A stretch of DNA of 63,883 nucleotides, filler included, from an uncultured Chlamydiae bacterium (GCA_937899275.1; 6 parts of 6 records of this genome joined end to end with filler, not necessarily neighbours in it), one strand, 5' to 3'. Positions 39,301 through 49,467 are shown, counted from the whole stretch's first letter. Translations and numbers: made by a program. Notes: generated by a model not told the origin, from the sequence alone.

Positions 39301-39574
39301 TGCCGATGATATCGGGGCTAGGATCAATCTGTTCTTCTACAGCCGTTTCCCAAGAAGGGAAAAGGAGGGGTTTTGTTTCTAAAAGGCAGTCAAAATCTGC
39401 AAGATAGTCTTCTTTGTTTTTACCCGAGGTGATCAGAAGAATGGGATATACCCCATAGGCTGCTTGGACAAGAAGAGAAGCAGAAGAGCCTTCAATAGAC
39501 TCTACGTACGTTTTTTGATGCACCTTGATGTGCTCTTGAAATGAAGATAGCGAAAGAAAGGGAAATAAGTTCAC
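36368..39574 (-). CDS. mfd: Transcription-repair coupling factor
   Basis: VVHLHSGIGKY (RID), GDVGYGKTEVAMRAA, IDEEQRFGV, SATPIPRTL, QLRGRVGR, DLELRGAG. Confidence 0.97.
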   Translation of the reverse strand: MNLFPFLSLSSFQEHIKVHQKTYVESIEGSSASLLVQAAYGVYPILLITSGKNKEDYLADFDCLLETKPLLFPSWETAVEEQIDPSPDIIGKRMDTLYTLLKDPSSSFVITDLKSCLQQLPSLSIDSFDVWKKGMDIPWSSIPQRLEDLGYRPVAVVSDKKQFAIRNGIVDVFPISSSDPYRIEFFGDTVDSLRIFDPIKQTSIEKKEEVFLAPAEEKHLLEKKPLQPLWQYFAKTPLIVFDDLASLEDHYVSFGSSFCRPSKCRFSMKELFEKIDHAPQIFFTKQPLQNLSSVQKKGEKTTFSMFDLDFTAALYHHPFHPMGSDLFFEGSKFSYHFLYENPRYQSVVLECIQKHNLQNHELIAGYLSSGFVYENHVVVTEKDLTQKKKVIREKWRSSYHSTFSDFHALVPGELVVHLHSGIGKYLGTEKQKNHLGIDAEFLVIAYAKASKLYVPISQSHLVSKYIGSSEKQPALTELGSKKWHQVKTKAQKDIVGYASDLLHLYAERQLDSAKVHAPDSSLMQEFEAEFAYEETADQLLAISAIKEDLQKSKPMDRLLSGDVGYGKTEVAMRAAFKAVVDGGGQVALLVPTTVLAMQHFDTFVARMNNYPVEIGVISRFQTAKKNRETLEKTAAGKIDILIGTHRILSKDVSFQNLILLIIDEEQRFGVRAKESLKKRKKSVHSLALSATPIPRTLYMSLIGARDVSVMATPPDDRLPIKTILAETDDTLIKQAILRELAREGQAFFIHNRVESIYQKQTYLQKLVPQAKIGVAHGQMHPDAIDDVFHAFREGALDVLLATVIVENGIDVPNANTILIERADCYGVSDLYQLRGRVGRWNRSSYAYFLLPKNRSIKEPSQKRLQALVQTSGYGGGMKLAKRDLELRGAGDILGEKQSGQVASIGFHLYCMLLKRVIRSLQEKKPITFVDTKMEFLYPAFFPEEYIPENALRMELYHKLGEAESTEAIEAIKRELTDRFGPLPSPVVFLLHLANIRVFASMHQFTKLRFTEKELFAERTLGEKTYTKRIFLPQSLQSPTQLEDYVLQKLKEEFLQKTVRSFLKKNKPT

Positions 39575-40297
39575 GACTCTTGAATCAAATGGCGGAGCTT
39601 TTGCAGGGCTAAGGGAAGATTTTTGCTATTTTTACCGCCCGCCATAGCAGCGGATTTTTTACCTCCCCCTCCTCCTTCAATTAAGGGAGCTATTTGTTGG
39701 ATGAGGTGTTTTGCATCAAAGGCAAGTTTTGGGCTGACTCGCACTACAATTTGACAGCGCTCCTCTTCTTCTAATCCTAGGATCAATACACCATCTGGCA
39801 TCTTTTGTATGAGTTGATCTGCAAAGCTAGGTAGGTCTTTTGAGGGGATAGTAACGATTTCTGCAATGGTTAAAGGAGAGCCAGATGCTTTTTTCAGGAG
39901 CTCTTGTTGTAGGTGGCGCTGCTCTTTTTTTCTGAGGGTTTTGATGGTTTTAAGAGCTTCTTCTTTTTCTTCTTTTTCGCGGATGATTTTTTCTACTAAG
40001 GCGCTTTTAGGGGTTTTGTACATCTCGGAGAGTTGGCGCAAAAGTGCATTTTCTTCTTGGATTGAAGCAAAAGCGGCAAGTCCAGCTTTTGCTTCAATCC
40101 TCCGAATACCTTTTGCAACCGCGCCTTCTTTTACTAAGATACATGCTCCTAAATCGCCTGTAAAACGTGCGTGGGTGCCGCCGCAGAGTTCGACCGACTC
40201 AGGGCCGACCGAGACCACGCGGACCTCGTCGCCATATTTCTCGCCGAAGAGGCCGATCGCGCCCGCCTGCTTCGCGTCGTCAAGAGACATTTCACGG
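39571..40297 (-). CDS. alaS: Alanine--tRNA ligase, C-terminal part (5' truncated; first ~130 bp probably chimeric)
   Basis: FGEKYGDEVRV, ELCGGTH, GIRRIEA, GGGGGK...AMAGG (DHHA1). Confidence 0.93.
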
Positions 40298-40397
40298 NNN
40301 NNNNNNNNNNNNNNNNNNNNNNNNNNNNNNNNNNNNNNNNNTTAATTAATTAANNNNNNNNNNNNNNNNNNNNNNNNNNNNNNNNNNNNNNNNNNNN
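40298..40397. other. Artificial contig linker
   Basis: N-run / TTAATTAATTAA / N-run. Confidence 0.98.
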
Positions 40398-42908
40398 AGT
40401 GAAATCTTGTAAAATAGTAGCTACATTAAAAAAGTCAGAGGGAGACTCGGCTTGTACGCATTGGAAGTAGTCTAACGTTTTTGTGGGATTGCCAGAAGAA
40501 GCGGTTTTTCCAGATAAAATCATGGTCTGAAGAAGCATTAACCTTGCAATGGTATTTCCTTCAACTAAATTCACCTCAAATTCAGTTCCTGAAAGAGAGT
40601 TGATCACGCTCCAAAGTTGGTTGATACCTCCTGTGGCAGTGAGTATGTCATAGGCGGTATCGGCTGCAATGGTTCCAACAGGTGGTTGAATGGTTAAAAT
40701 GGCTCCCGTTTCAATAGTTGCGGTTCCTCCTACAATGATCTTATCACTTAAATTATTTTCAATTTCTAGATCGTAAGAAGATCCTGCGCTTTGCGTGTAG
40801 TTGCCGGTTATGTTCAATGTTCCTATGGAATTTCCTGGGGCAATATTTCCTGAGTTTATAGCTAAGCTAGCAATGGTTCCATTTCCAGATACCGTTCCGC
40901 CGTCTACTGTTACCGATCCAAAAGAGCCGCTTCCATTTGCTGTAGCGCCGGTTCCTATATTGGTCGATGCGCCTTCTAAAGATCCGTTTTCATTCACAGT
41001 GAGCGTTCCTGCAGTGACGTTGACCGTACCTGTAAGAGTGGCGCTATTATCTGCATCAATGATCAGCTGACCTGATCCTGATTTAGCAAAACCATCGCCA
41101 GTAAGCGCTCCTGAAAGTGTGCATTCCACAGACTCATCGACTTCAAAAGAAGGGGTGATGCTAAAAGAGGTATCGCTTAAAGCGATCGCTTTTGTGGTAG
41201 AAAAAGAGCTTTGTGCACGCAAAGATGCGGAGTCTAAAGAAAGGTTTCCTGCGCCTAAATTACTTTCAGATACAACCGTACAGCTGACTTTTGTAAGTGT
41301 TGTGAGACCGGTATATGTATTTGTTCCCCTTAGACTGACTACAGGGGTGCCTGCTAAAGCTCCTGTAATATTTAAAGCGTTCGAGCCGCTAATTGCTCCT
41401 GTTAAAGACAATGTATGCGTGGGAGATGGGGTGATTGTAGTAGCGGCATTTAAAGCGATAGCATTTGTTAAAGAAACATCTGCTGAAGTAGCTAAAGCGC
41501 CTCCTGAAAACGTCACTGTTCCTGTTCCAAGAGCGTTTGATGCGCCTAGGTTACATGTTCCCTCACTGATAACAGAGCCGCCGCTAAAGGTGTTTTCTTG
41601 GTTTAGGGTAAGAGTGCTTGCTCCGAGTTTTGTCATTTGACCTGCACCTGTAATTACACCGTTAACGGTGAAGTCTGCAGAGGTGTTGATTCTACCATCA
41701 CCTTCGAGTATGGCTATATTTCTTGCTGTGGCAAAGCTACTTGTGATCCCAAGAGTTCCGTTATTGCCTGTGATAAAATTACTATCGTTGAAGGTTAAAT
41801 CCCCTGAAGGGTCGCCAAGGATTGCATCGGAAGAAACGTTGCAGGTACCCACATTGAGTATTGTGCCGCCTGTGTAGGTATTCGCTTGGCTTAAAGTGAG
41901 CGTATTTGATCCTAATTTTATGAAGGTGCCGTCTCCGCTGATGACTCCATCAATCGTAGTATCTGCAGCAGCAGTAATACTTCCTCTAGTTACTAAGGTG
42001 ATATTCCTGCTAGAAGTAAAGCTACTTTGTATGACAAGGCCGCCCGTATTTAACGTAACACCCGAAGACACCTGTCCTAAGCTGGTATCGGAGAAGATTC
42101 CACAGGAACCTCCGTTAATGATTGTACCTCCTGTATAGGTGTTATTGCTAAATAGTAATAAGGTAGCTCCTGAATCTTTGACTAACTGTCCAGAACCGCT
42201 AATAACGCCAGTAATGTTCAGATCGCCAAATTCTGTTTCGACAGTAGCGGTTGAGGTGATGTTGATGTTTCTAGACATATTGACGTTACTGCGCATATGA
42301 AGCCTTCCATCATTGATCGATAAGGCGCCAGAGTCTCCCAGATTGTTATCTGAATTAATCGAAAGAGTACCAGCATTGATCGCTGTTCCACCTGTGTAAG
42401 TATTTGTTCCACTAAGATCGAGTCTACCTGCGCCAGTTTTCACAAATTGACCTGTTCCTGTAATAGTGGAAGAGATAGTGGGAGTGGCAGTAGCATTTTG
42501 CTGATCGAAAATACTACCGACGTTCAATGTCAAGTTAGCTGAAATCGTATGGTTTGCTGTACCGGTAAAAGAAATAGCTGGAGTATTAGCAGTAGCAGGG
42601 CCGTTAAAAAGTAGCGTATTTGGGCTAGAGCCAGCAGAGGCAATGGCATAGGCAATAGATCCGGTAAAACTCATTGTTGCATCATTTACAAAGTCTCCAT
42701 TTACCGTAACGGTCACAGGATTAGAAATGGGAGCATCTTGAAATAAAAGAGTGGTGAAGTTGCCGTTAGCCACGGTGTTATTCGACCAGTTAGAAGCGGT
42801 GCCCCAAAGTCCATCTCCATCGAAATCCCAGTTTGCGTAGTTTTTTTTCAAGGGAACGATGCCCGCCAATAAAACAACAAAGAGCGCAAATCGTACATTT
42901 CTTATCAT
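40398..42908 (-). CDS. Autotransporter with passenger-associated (PATR) beta-helix repeats; 3' truncated before the beta-barrel
   Basis: Signal peptide; WDFDGDGLWGTASNWS; repeated KxGxxxLxLxxxNTYTGGTxINxG units; APGNSIGTL. Confidence 0.9.
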
Positions 42909-42995
42909 AGTTACCAGCAATATATAAAAAGAAAATAAATATAAATATATTTAGCGGCTTATACAGAAAACGCCAGGGTATAGGGCGTAATCTAG

Positions 42996-44141
42996 ATGGC
43001 TTTTTTTTCAGGAATTTTCTTTGCATTTTGGCAACTGCTGTCTATAATGCGAAGTATGACAGGTACAACTTCTATCATTATGAATTACTTTTGGGTAATT
43101 CAATCATTTATCATCATCCTTTTTACTATGATTGCTGTCTATGTTGAACGGGTGATGTATAGAAGGCTTCTGCCTAAAAGCAAAAAAAGAAGTAAGGTTT
43201 GGGACAAAGCCTTAATCGAAGCGGTGCATTTGCCGCTACTTTCTTTTATTTGGCTCATCGGTCTTTCTTTTGCTTTAGAATCTGGTGGAAAATACATCGA
43301 TCACCCCCTTTTGGATAGCTTACCCCAATTTTTACGCGATATGGGGACCGCTTTTCTGTTTATCTGGTTTTTAGTCCGGTTCATTAGAGAAGTGGAAAAT
43401 GCGCTTATGGACCTTGAGTCGAGCCATTCAAAAATGGATAAAACATCTGTCCAGGCCATCTGCCAAATTTTGCGATTATCCGTTTTGATTACAGGCGCAC
43501 TTGTCCTTCTGAGAGCATTTGGCGTGCCGCTTTCAGGTGTAGTGGCTTTTGCTGGAGCCGGTGGTTTATCTGTAGGTTTTGCTGCAAAAGATCTAGTTGC
43601 GAACTTTTTTGGCGGTTTGATTATTTTTCTCGATCGTCCTTTTAAAATTGGAGATTGGATCCGCTCACCTGATCGAGAGATTGAAGGAACGGTAGAGAAA
43701 ATTGGCTGGCGTCTGACTAGGATACGCACTTTTGATAAGCGCCCTCTTTTTATACCTAACGGGATTTTTTCTAATATTTCTATTGAAAACGCATCTCGGA
43801 TGCGCAATCGTAGAATCAAGACAAATATTGGCGTTCGGTATAAAGATGCTGATAAAATTCATACAATTGTGAATCAAGTAGAAGAGATGTTAAAGGCGCA
43901 TCCCGATATCGATTGGACGCAGGCATCTTTTGTCAATTTAGTGCAATTTGGCTCCCATTCCTTGGAGTTTATGATCTATGCGTTTACCAAGACAACTGCT
44001 TGGATCCCTTTTCAAAAGATCCAAGAAGAGATCTACTTAAAAACCATCGATATCATTTTGAAAAATGGCGCAGAATGCGCTCTTCCTGCAAGTACGATTT
44101 ATATTCCAAATCCTGTAGAGACAAAACGCACTGTATCTTAA
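42996..44141 (+). CDS. MscS-family mechanosensitive channel (true start may be 43028 or 43080)
   Basis: GFAAKDLVANFFGGLIIFLDRPFKIGDWI, GTVEKIGWRLTRIR, IPN. Confidence 0.93.
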   Translation: MAFFSGIFFAFWQLLSIMRSMTGTTSIIMNYFWVIQSFIIILFTMIAVYVERVMYRRLLPKSKKRSKVWDKALIEAVHLPLLSFIWLIGLSFALESGGKYIDHPLLDSLPQFLRDMGTAFLFIWFLVRFIREVENALMDLESSHSKMDKTSVQAICQILRLSVLITGALVLLRAFGVPLSGVVAFAGAGGLSVGFAAKDLVANFFGGLIIFLDRPFKIGDWIRSPDREIEGTVEKIGWRLTRIRTFDKRPLFIPNGIFSNISIENASRMRNRRIKTNIGVRYKDADKIHTIVNQVEEMLKAHPDIDWTQASFVNLVQFGSHSLEFMIYAFTKTTAWIPFQKIQEEIYLKTIDIILKNGAECALPASTIYIPNPVETKRTVS

Positions 44142-44150
44142 GCGCTTTCA

Positions 44151-44579
44151 TCAGGCTTTTTCTTGAATCTTTACCGTACATAATGCTAGCGCTATTTGCG
44201 TTTTTTCTTGCTCAATAGATACTTCCCAAAGATGCACCGATCTTCCCAAACGGATCGGGATAACAGATCCTTCCACTACGCCTTTTGTTGCAGGAGATAG
44301 GTGATGGATATTGAGCTGCATGCCTACAGCTACATTTTTTGTAGGATCAATACAACAATAAGACGCTGTAGATGCAAGCGTTTCTGCAAGAAATGCTGAC
44401 GCGCCGCCATGTAAAATTCCAAAGGGTTGCATTGTTTTAGGACCTACTTGCATCGATGCTTTAAGAATACTGCGGCCTTGGTAGGTATACAAAATACCTA
44501 GGTGCTCTACCGCAGAGCCTTTTGTTAGTTTTTGCAGCTCTTCTAGATTAAGGTGCTGTTTCCAAATGGTGTTTTTCAC
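44151..44579 (-). CDS. Hotdog-fold thioesterase (PaaI/YdiI-MenI family)
   Basis: QPFGILHGGASAFLAETLAS, VGMQLNIHHL, LGRSVHLWEV. Confidence 0.9.
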   Translation of the reverse strand: MKNTIWKQHLNLEELQKLTKGSAVEHLGILYTYQGRSILKASMQVGPKTMQPFGILHGGASAFLAETLASTASYCCIDPTKNVAVGMQLNIHHLSPATKGVVEGSVIPIRLGRSVHLWEVSIEQEKTQIALALCTVKIQEKA

Positions 44580-46113
44580 GCCGCTTTTTTTGTAGATAGG
44601 TCAATATATTGCTGATGCAAAGTAAGATGGTCATCGCCATCACGATATAACCCATAAAAATGTTTGCATCATTTAACGACTGAATATACGACTGGCGGTT
44701 TACGTAGTCAATGATTTCTACTTTTGCTCTCATAGCGCCTTGACTTAGGGATCCAGCAAAGACCTCGTTTTTCAGGTTAAATACCGCATTTTTATAAGCG
44801 CTTAGGTGTTGATTCATCGATGTGAAAAATATTTCCTTATGAAAAATATTTCTGCGTATGGCAATTAACGAAAAAATGGATCCACCATATGTTGCTCCTA
44901 CCTGACGGAAAAAGGTCAACATAGTCGATCCGTCGGATCCCAGCTCTTTTGGAAGCGCTTTTAAAGCGCTTGCAACAACAGGTCCTACAGAAATACCTAC
45001 CGCAAGACCTCGGACGGTCAACATAATGATGATGGGAACTTCACTAGATTGGATCGAAATGATGTTACTTAGAAATAAGCTGCAAATCAGGACGCAAAGA
45101 CCAAATACGCTTAAAATTGTAGGGGAGATTTTTTTCATGAGTAAATTGGCAATCAAAGGGCCTATTCCAAGCATGGTTCCATAAATAGATAAGATTTTTC
45201 CTATTTTTAACCGGTCGTATAATAGCCCTTCTTGCATGTATTCTACAGCTACATTTGTTGTAGAAAAAATCACACTGCCGATGGCAAATAAGGTCATAGA
45301 CCCTGTAGTAAATGTTGCATATTTAAATAACGGTAGGGGAATAATCGGGTTGGTTGCCCCCTTTTCTAAAAGCAGCGTAGCGATCATAAAAACCACAGCT
45401 CCAATCATGCAAAAAATGATGTAAGAAGAGCGCCACCCTTCATTTGTCGAGGGAAGGTTTCCTTGCTCTAAAAATACGATGATGCAAGATACAAAACTTG
45501 CAAAAAAGAAAAACCCCGCGTAGTCAAAAGAGCCTCTTTGTACGCGTTTTGTTTCAGTGCATAAAATACATGCGATCACGAAGCTTAAAGAGATAGGAAT
45601 AAGCGTCCATAAAAAAGAGCCTCTCCATAAGTTGAGAAAGCCGTAGTAGCCAGATACGATAGATCCCCCTGCAAAGCCGATACCAAATACAGCTGCCATG
45701 TAGATATTGATTGCTACAGATAGGTGCTTTTTTGAAAAAGATTGCACAATGATGGCAAGACCTACAGGGTAAATAAAGCCGCTTCCGACCCCTTCGATCA
45801 ATCTAGAGGTCGTTATCATAAAAAAGTTTTGGGATAACCCCGACCCAAGAGTGCCTAGAAAGAAAAGAGCGACACCTAAAAGAAAAACCTTTTTGTAACC
45901 CAAACGATCTGCGATCCGGTTTGCAATAGGTACAATAGTATTTGCTCCAAGAAGATAAATGATCGTAATCCAAGAAGAGCGCGCCCCATCAATCGCTAAA
46001 CTATCTGTGATCACCTGGCCCAGTAAAACAGTGCTCACGGTGCTATAAACGGCGAGTGTAGTGGTAATAGAAATAGCCGTAAGAATGAGCCACTGCAGGC
46101 TATGTTTTTTCAT
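44548..46113 (-). CDS. emrB: DHA2-family MFS efflux permease (EmrB/QacA)
   Basis: Multi-TM; ADRLGYKK motif A, SRLIEGVGSG, FDYAG, FFRQVGATYG; paired with an EmrA-like gene. Confidence 0.85.
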   Translation of the reverse strand: MKKHSLQWLILTAISITTTLAVYSTVSTVLLGQVITDSLAIDGARSSWITIIYLLGANTIVPIANRIADRLGYKKVFLLGVALFFLGTLGSGLSQNFFMITTSRLIEGVGSGFIYPVGLAIIVQSFSKKHLSVAINIYMAAVFGIGFAGGSIVSGYYGFLNLWRGSFLWTLIPISLSFVIACILCTETKRVQRGSFDYAGFFFFASFVSCIIVFLEQGNLPSTNEGWRSSYIIFCMIGAVVFMIATLLLEKGATNPIIPLPLFKYATFTTGSMTLFAIGSVIFSTTNVAVEYMQEGLLYDRLKIGKILSIYGTMLGIGPLIANLLMKKISPTILSVFGLCVLICSLFLSNIISIQSSEVPIIIMLTVRGLAVGISVGPVVASALKALPKELGSDGSTMLTFFRQVGATYGGSIFSLIAIRRNIFHKEIFFTSMNQHLSAYKNAVFNLKNEVFAGSLSQGAMRAKVEIIDYVNRQSYIQSLNDANIFMGYIVMAMTILLCISNILTYLQKKRREKHHLETAP

Positions 46114-47054
46114 GGTAGGTGCTTTCGCGTAGTATCGATCATCACCTCACAGCTCATACCGGGAAATAGATAGAGACCACTTTCTTTGGGTTTTTCCAGT
46201 AAAATTTTCACAGGAATCCTCTGTACAACTTTTGTGAAATTACCCGTCGCATTTGATGGGGGAATTAACGCAAACTTTGCTGCGGCAGAGGGTTTGATAA
46301 CCCATACTTTTCCCGTAAATACTCGATCTGGGTAGCAGTCGACTGTGATCGTTACCGGGTCACCTACTTTTACCTCTTGCAATTTTGTTTCTTCTAGTTT
46401 GGCATTTACCCATAAAAAATCTAGTTCATTCATAGTGAATAAAGGAGCTCCTACGGTGGCTACATCGCCAGGTAGAATCCAACGCTTTGCTATATAACCG
46501 TCTCTTGGTGCAAAAATAGTGGTATGATCTAAACGGGCTAAAATCACATCTTTAGAAGCGATGCTTTTTTCCAGAGCTTTTTCTGCAATTTTCACCTGCT
46601 GACTTGCAATGATGAAATCTTTTTCCACATGATCGTAGTCGAGAAAAGAGATGATGTTTTTTGCAAATTCATCTTTCGCAATGAAAAAATCATCTCGGAT
46701 TTTTGCTAGAGATGCCTGTTCTTTTTTCAGGATTTCTTCTGCTAACACAGCTTCTTTTTCCGCTTCAATGAGCTCAGCGTCTAAAATATCTCTTTTAAGA
46801 TCAATCATAGGAGCGCCTTTTTCTACGAAATCTCCTTCTGCAAAGTAGATCTTGGTGATTCTAGCTTCGATATCTGAGCTGATTTGTACATCATATGCTT
46901 CGATATAAGCATCGTTTGTCCACACATAGCTTTTCGGCAGCATGAACCACAAAGCAACAAATGCCATAATGAGTAAAGCAGAAGCAGATACAATGACTCT
47001 TCCTTTAAGAGTAGACAGAAACCAGGTAGATGTTTTCCCGATGGATGTTTTCAT
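46110..47054 (-). CDS. emrA: HlyD/EmrA-family membrane fusion protein
   Basis: VWTNDAYI, IFAPRDG, FALIPPSNATGNFTKVVQRIPV, LFPGMS. Confidence 0.92.
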   Translation of the reverse strand: MKTSIGKTSTWFLSTLKGRVIVSASALLIMAFVALWFMLPKSYVWTNDAYIEAYDVQISSDIEARITKIYFAEGDFVEKGAPMIDLKRDILDAELIEAEKEAVLAEEILKKEQASLAKIRDDFFIAKDEFAKNIISFLDYDHVEKDFIIASQQVKIAEKALEKSIASKDVILARLDHTTIFAPRDGYIAKRWILPGDVATVGAPLFTMNELDFLWVNAKLEETKLQEVKVGDPVTITVDCYPDRVFTGKVWVIKPSAAAKFALIPPSNATGNFTKVVQRIPVKILLEKPKESGLYLFPGMSCEVMIDTTRKHLP

Positions 47055-47157
47055 AGGCTTTTCCTCTCTATTTTTTTTATAAAGAAAGATTTTTAATAAT
47101 ACAAAAAAATTTTGAATAATGTATTTTTATATTGTTTTTTGGTAAAATATTTTTACT

Positions 47158-47607
47158 ATGAAGCGATTTTTTTCAGTGATTTATCTATTTTTCGCAATTT
47201 TTTCCTTTCCGTTTTCTCTAGACAAAACGGCTGTAGAAGAAAAAAAATCTGCCTTTGAGCAGCCTGTGGTCTTAGTCAAAGTATTTGGTGGAAGCCCTTA
47301 CCAAGTAGCTTTTCCAAAAGAACCGCAAAAAAAAGTCTCAGGGCAAATAGTCGAGTATAGCGCCTCTAATCAAGGTGTTGTCTACCGTATTGCGTATTAC
47401 CCTTCTTGGCATACGTTTACAGGAGCCTTGAAAACACCTGCGTCTTTGCCGAATATACCGAACCCTTTTGCGCATAATCTAGCCGAAAGAGAAAAAATTA
47501 TTCTGGTTGAAAATCAAGTTTTTGCTCTTCGCATGCAGAGTGGATCAGAACAAGAATTTGCCGCATTTTGTGACTCTTTTGCAAAAATTCAGGTTCTTCC
47601 TGGATAG
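47158..47607 (+). CDS. Hypothetical exported protein
   Basis: Signal-peptide-like N-terminus; 149 aa. Confidence 0.7.
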   Translation: MKRFFSVIYLFFAIFSFPFSLDKTAVEEKKSAFEQPVVLVKVFGGSPYQVAFPKEPQKKVSGQIVEYSASNQGVVYRIAYYPSWHTFTGALKTPASLPNIPNPFAHNLAEREKIILVENQVFALRMQSGSEQEFAAFCDSFAKIQVLPG

Positions 47608-47692
47608 TAAAAGACTTCTTTAGAGAAATTTACTTATCAAAAAAAAGAAACTGCGTTATTCTTTGTTACATATTTTGGTGATTTCCTTAAGT

Positions 47693-47765
47693 GGGGGCTT
47701 AGCTCAGTTGGTAGAGCATCAGATTTGCATTCTGAGGGTCAGGAGTTCGAATCTCCTAGCCTCCA
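47693..47765 (+). tRNA. tRNA-Ala(TGC)
   Basis: Cloverleaf: acceptor GGGGGCT/AGCCTCC with G3:U70, anticodon arm TCAGA-TTTGCAT-TCTGA, GTTCGAATC T-loop; CCA not encoded. Confidence 0.97.
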
Positions 47766-47793
47766 ATTTCACGGAAATGACCAGTCACAAATT

Positions 47794-47867
47794 GCGGTTA
47801 TAGCTCAGTTGGTTAGAGCGCGACACTGATAATGTCGAGGTCCCAAGTTCAAGTCTTGGTAACCGCA
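47794..47867 (+). tRNA. tRNA-Ile(GAT)
   Basis: Acceptor GCGGTTA/TAACCGC, anticodon arm CGACA-CTGATAA-TGTCG, GTTCAAGTC; CCA not encoded. Confidence 0.97.
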
Positions 47868-47906
47868 CATCTTTACAATTAATCTTCCTTGTTATACGTT
47901 GAAGTT

Positions 47907-48410
47907 ATGTTTGGTATTATACAAAAGAAAAACTCTCTTCTGCGCTATTTTTTTTCGGCGATTTTATTTTTTTTCTTGGTGTTACTTGTGCAAGAAATCA
48001 ACGCCTATATTATGAAGGTGCATGTAGGTAGTTGGTTTATCGCATTGAAAAAACCCGTCTGGAATCCTCCAGGCCCGATATTTTCCCTAGTCTGGCCGTT
48101 GCTTTACCTACTTGTATCTCTTGCAGGTTTTTTACTTTGGAATGAAGAGCCGAGTAAAGAAAGAGGTTTAGGGCGCTTTTTTTGGGTATTACAGCTCGGT
48201 TTCAATAGCATTTGGAGTTATCTATTTTTTGGGCTGCAAAGTCCTTTGGCAGGATTTATTGGTATTGTACTTTTACTGATCTGCAGTCTATTTGTCATTT
48301 TCTACGGAAGAAAGGTGCACCAGTGGATTGTGTATGCTTTTACCCCTTACGTTCTTTGGTTGGGTTATGCAGCGGCATTAAATGCAGCCATTATTTGGAT
48401 GAATCTTTAA
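47907..48410 (+). CDS. tspO: TspO/MBR tryptophan-rich sensory protein
   Basis: WFIALKKPVWNPPGPIFSLVWPLLY, QLGFNSIWSYLFFG, PYVLWLGYAAALN. Confidence 0.92.
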   Translation: MFGIIQKKNSLLRYFFSAILFFFLVLLVQEINAYIMKVHVGSWFIALKKPVWNPPGPIFSLVWPLLYLLVSLAGFLLWNEEPSKERGLGRFFWVLQLGFNSIWSYLFFGLQSPLAGFIGIVLLLICSLFVIFYGRKVHQWIVYAFTPYVLWLGYAAALNAAIIWMNL

Positions 48411-48441
48411 CCTAAAGCCCCTCTCTTTTTAGTAAAAAAGC

Positions 48442-49380
48442 TTACTGCTCTTTTGTGCTCAAGACGTAGCCTTGTTTTTTTTCCTCTTGGTAGAGTAAAA
48501 ACAGGCCAATAAATAAAACACCTGTAGATACAAATACAATAGGGGAGAGACTTTCTCCTAAAAAAATCCAGCTGGTAAATGAGGCAAAAATCGGGCTCAA
48601 TAAACCCATAAACGATAGAAATGTAGCGCTATATTTTTTCAGTAAGTAGCCGTAGAGGTTGTAGCACAAAATATTCGAGATCAGCGTCATGGAAATCACT
48701 CCCTGCAAAAATCCCCAAGTATGAGAAGAGTCCATATGGTATAAAGGAAGAGGCGTCCAGCTATCAGCCAGAAGGGAGTGGATTAAACTTAACATGCCTC
48801 CAAAAAGCATGCTAAAGCCATTCACAATCAGCGGAGAATGCTCTTTTTCTTTAACCAAAAGTCGTAAAAGCACCCATCCATATACAGAGAAAATAGCAGC
48901 TGCTATGACGGCAAGTTCTGCTAAAGAAAATCCCCCTAAATTTTGCAATAAGCCACCTTCACCGCTCTGTAAAGAAAGCACAGGAAGAAACCCGCAAAAT
49001 CCGATCACCATACCGATCCATTTTTTGCCGTTCATTTTTTCCCCAAAATGGATATAGGAAAAAAGCGCAGAGAAAAAAGGAGATAAGCTGTAGATAAAAC
49101 AAGTTTTTGCTGCACTTAAATGCTGAAGGCCCCAAAATTCTAAACTATTTGTCAGGTAGATACTGAAAACTCCCAAAAGGCAAAAAGAAGCAATTTGCAT
49201 CTTGGTTAATGGGATTTTTCCTTTTTGCTTGATCCAGGCGTATCCTACCAGAAGGGCTCCTGCAAAAAGCATTCTACAAGCAGTGAGAAATAATGGCGCC
49301 CCAAATCCAAGGGTCCACTTGCCTAGGGTAAATACGCTAGACCAAGCTGCATAGAGAAAGATGACAAGAAAAATTTGCAT
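48442..49380 (-). CDS. DMT/EamA-family transporter
   Basis: Two EamA halves: WSSVF..K, CRMLFAG, LSPFFSALFSYIHFGEK, LSPIFASFTSWIFLGE. Confidence 0.9.
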   Translation of the reverse strand: MQIFLVIFLYAAWSSVFTLGKWTLGFGAPLFLTACRMLFAGALLVGYAWIKQKGKIPLTKMQIASFCLLGVFSIYLTNSLEFWGLQHLSAAKTCFIYSLSPFFSALFSYIHFGEKMNGKKWIGMVIGFCGFLPVLSLQSGEGGLLQNLGGFSLAELAVIAAAIFSVYGWVLLRLLVKEKEHSPLIVNGFSMLFGGMLSLIHSLLADSWTPLPLYHMDSSHTWGFLQGVISMTLISNILCYNLYGYLLKKYSATFLSFMGLLSPIFASFTSWIFLGESLSPIVFVSTGVLFIGLFLLYQEEKKQGYVLSTKEQ

Positions 49381-49467
49381 AAAACCCTTTTTATAAGCAT
49401 TATAATCATTTTATTTGATTTTAAGCAAAATCAAACTATGATATGATCATTTTAATAGTATTTAATT

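Noticed and set aside
40801..42138. Plus-strand ORFs opposite the autotransporter, and the many other short antisense ORFs in the track
   Set aside because: They are shadow ORFs of well-supported genes on the opposite strand, with no recognisable motifs.
47693..47867. tRNA-Ala/tRNA-Ile as an rRNA operon spacer, or as an integration site of a mobile element
   Set aside because: No 16S or 23S sequence flanks them, and no integrase or duplicated tRNA 3' end was seen.
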